This document shows, in pieces, positions 62,051 to 64,000 of a stretch of 64,000 bases of DNA. The DNA is from Octopus sinensis (Eukaryota): contig NC_043010.1 in NCBI RefSeq assembly GCF_006345805.1, positions 5,270,001 through 5,334,000 of the forward strand. Reading direction: 5' to 3'. A model generated the notes under the pieces. The model was given only the letters and a program-made list of their open reading frames with translations, was not told the origin of the DNA and ran no database searches. Made by a program: the position numbers and the translations under genes. How positions within the stretch are numbered: the first letter of the stretch is position 1; every line of letters begins with the position of its first letter.

Positions 62051-62431
62051 AGTAGTTGTCATCGCTGTCGTTTTAATGAGAGAGCTTTTGAATGCAGTTA
62101 TGATTGGACTGGCCCTTCACAACCCCAAATTGCTACACTCAGCATGCTCCTTCACCATCTTCTTTGTGATATTCAACATCCTGAAAAAAAAAACTCTAGC
62201 ACTTCTGCCCACATTTTCTTTGGTCTCCTTCTTACACAGCAGCTGCCTTCCAGTTACATCATTTGACACTTCATCGTCCAACTATTGCTGGTGATATTCA
62301 CCATATATAACCATACTAGTGCAGCCTTCGTTTGGAGAAAGAAACCCTTTCTTTACAACTGAAGAACATCCTGAACCTTTCTTATTCCATTGTTAATCTG
62401 GCACATATTTTAGAAAATTGTTTGATTGTTT

Positions 62432-62463
<32 letters not shown>

Positions 62464-62709
62464 AATAGAGAGAGAAAGAAAGAGAGAGAGAGAGAAGCAG
62501 ACAGACAGAAAGACAGATCGATAGATATATAGACAGATACATACCTATCTATCTATCTATCTATCTATCTATATATATATATATATATTATATATAAATA
62601 TATATATTTATATATATATGTATGTGTGTGTGTGTGTATATATGTATATATATATATATATTATATAATATATATATATATCTATATATATATATATATA
62701 TACATATAT

Positions 62710-62741
<32 letters not shown>

Positions 62742-62774
62742 TTATATATATAAATATATATAAATATATATATA

Positions 62775-62831
<57 letters not shown>

Positions 62832-63077
62832 TATATAATATATATATATATATGTATGTATGTATGTATATGTATATGTAAGTTCTTCCTCTGAGGAAGG
62901 AGCTGGTTTCTAGCAAAGATACAAAGCTTCATTTTTGGAATGTAGATAACAAAAACAATGTCATATTTTAAAGTTGAGAAAAGTCTTGCATGTTTTTACT
63001 GTTCCACTTGCAGATTGTATTTGTAATGTGTGAGCTAGTTGATTTCTTTTTCTGAAAAATCCTGGCTTATTCAAATT

Positions 63078-63113
<36 letters not shown>

Positions 63114-63782
63114 TGTGTGTGTGGGTAGGCAATGGTATTTTTTTTTAATGAAATTTTTGTGATATAGGTGTTAAAATTGTTTTAAAACCCAATACAATGT
63201 AAGTTGGAACTAAAGTAAATGCAGAAATAAAGAATGCAAAACAGTTTAAATTTTACATCATAGTTTGAGATTTTGATGTTAAAACACTTCTTTCACAAAA
63301 AAATTTGTTCAGATATATGGGAGACAAGCTTGTGTTATGTGCCTACTGGTATCGTTATAACAGCCAGTCATCTTTGTGCCATTCATATCAATTATTGATA
63401 GCTGATTTTCACTTATTAATGAAGATGTTCTTCTTAATCCTGAAATTACCAATATTCAGCTCTGTTGCTTTGACGGTAACATTTATGTGTTGTGTATGGC
63501 ATTTCTCCAGGTGTTTCTTTACTCTATTTATATGAACATATTCCTTAATGTGAATATGCAGCTTGCCAATATAGTCTTTCTGATGTAGGAGTTGCTTTTT
63601 TATTACAGACAACTTAATATACTACACAGGCCTTTAAAATCATACCCCTATTATTGATGAGGCAGTTGGCTAGCATGAACATTTCATTTCTCTTCCTTGG
63701 ACAATTCTCTCACAGGAATTTCTTCACGGAGGGACTGGAGGGTACCATCTTTATGTCGAATTATGTGTCAGAGGACCAAACT

Positions 63783-63835
<53 letters not shown>

Positions 63836-64000
63836 CAGACAATTAAGGCTGGTGAGCAGAACATAGGGAAATATCCAAGGGACCTTAAGTGGATTCATAG
63901 AGGATGGTGTTAAATATAATGTAGCCAATACAACAGCATAAACACAGACACATATGCACACAAACACTCACGCACACACTCACACACACACACACACACA

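Noticed and set aside
63400-63490. Protein-like frame SLINEDVLLNPEITNIQLCCFDG with a GT donor
   Set aside because: The nearest upstream AG is followed immediately by an in-frame TGA, so no usable acceptor.

Overview
Eukaryotic, AT-rich, repeat-saturated window with no confidently identifiable host gene, so it is intergenic or inside a large intron. The tRNA-derived SINE families, RTE/CR1 LINE remnants and extreme microsatellite load look like a coleoid cephalopod, probably Octopus (inference from repeat content only). Nearly all long ORFs in the track are microsatellite artefacts. Real coding remnants are all transposon-derived: a mariner N-terminus, three copies of one internally deleted mariner, a DD37D (maT) transposase, a hAT (Buster/Charlie-type) C-terminus, RTE and RTE-BovB-like ORF2 pieces and a CR1-like 3' end. 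At least five SINE-like families (labelled A-E here, informal names), several MITEs, minisatellites and one 100-N gap are present. Top observations: (1) four unrelated hammerhead-ribozyme motifs - two with all core nucleotides and three helices (17292-17362 and 32699-32769, minus strand), one minimal (34038-34072) and one defective inverted pair (3932-4074); three of the four sit in small elements embedded in (TA)n tracts, suggesting Penelope-like or retrozyme families; (2) SINE-LINE partnerships readable from the window, including a covarying 3' hairpin shared by the dominant SINE and the CR1-like LINE; (3) a 201-bp, ~96% identical inverted duplication with a templated junction that could form dsRNA. 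All structures were folded by eye and none was computed or searched.
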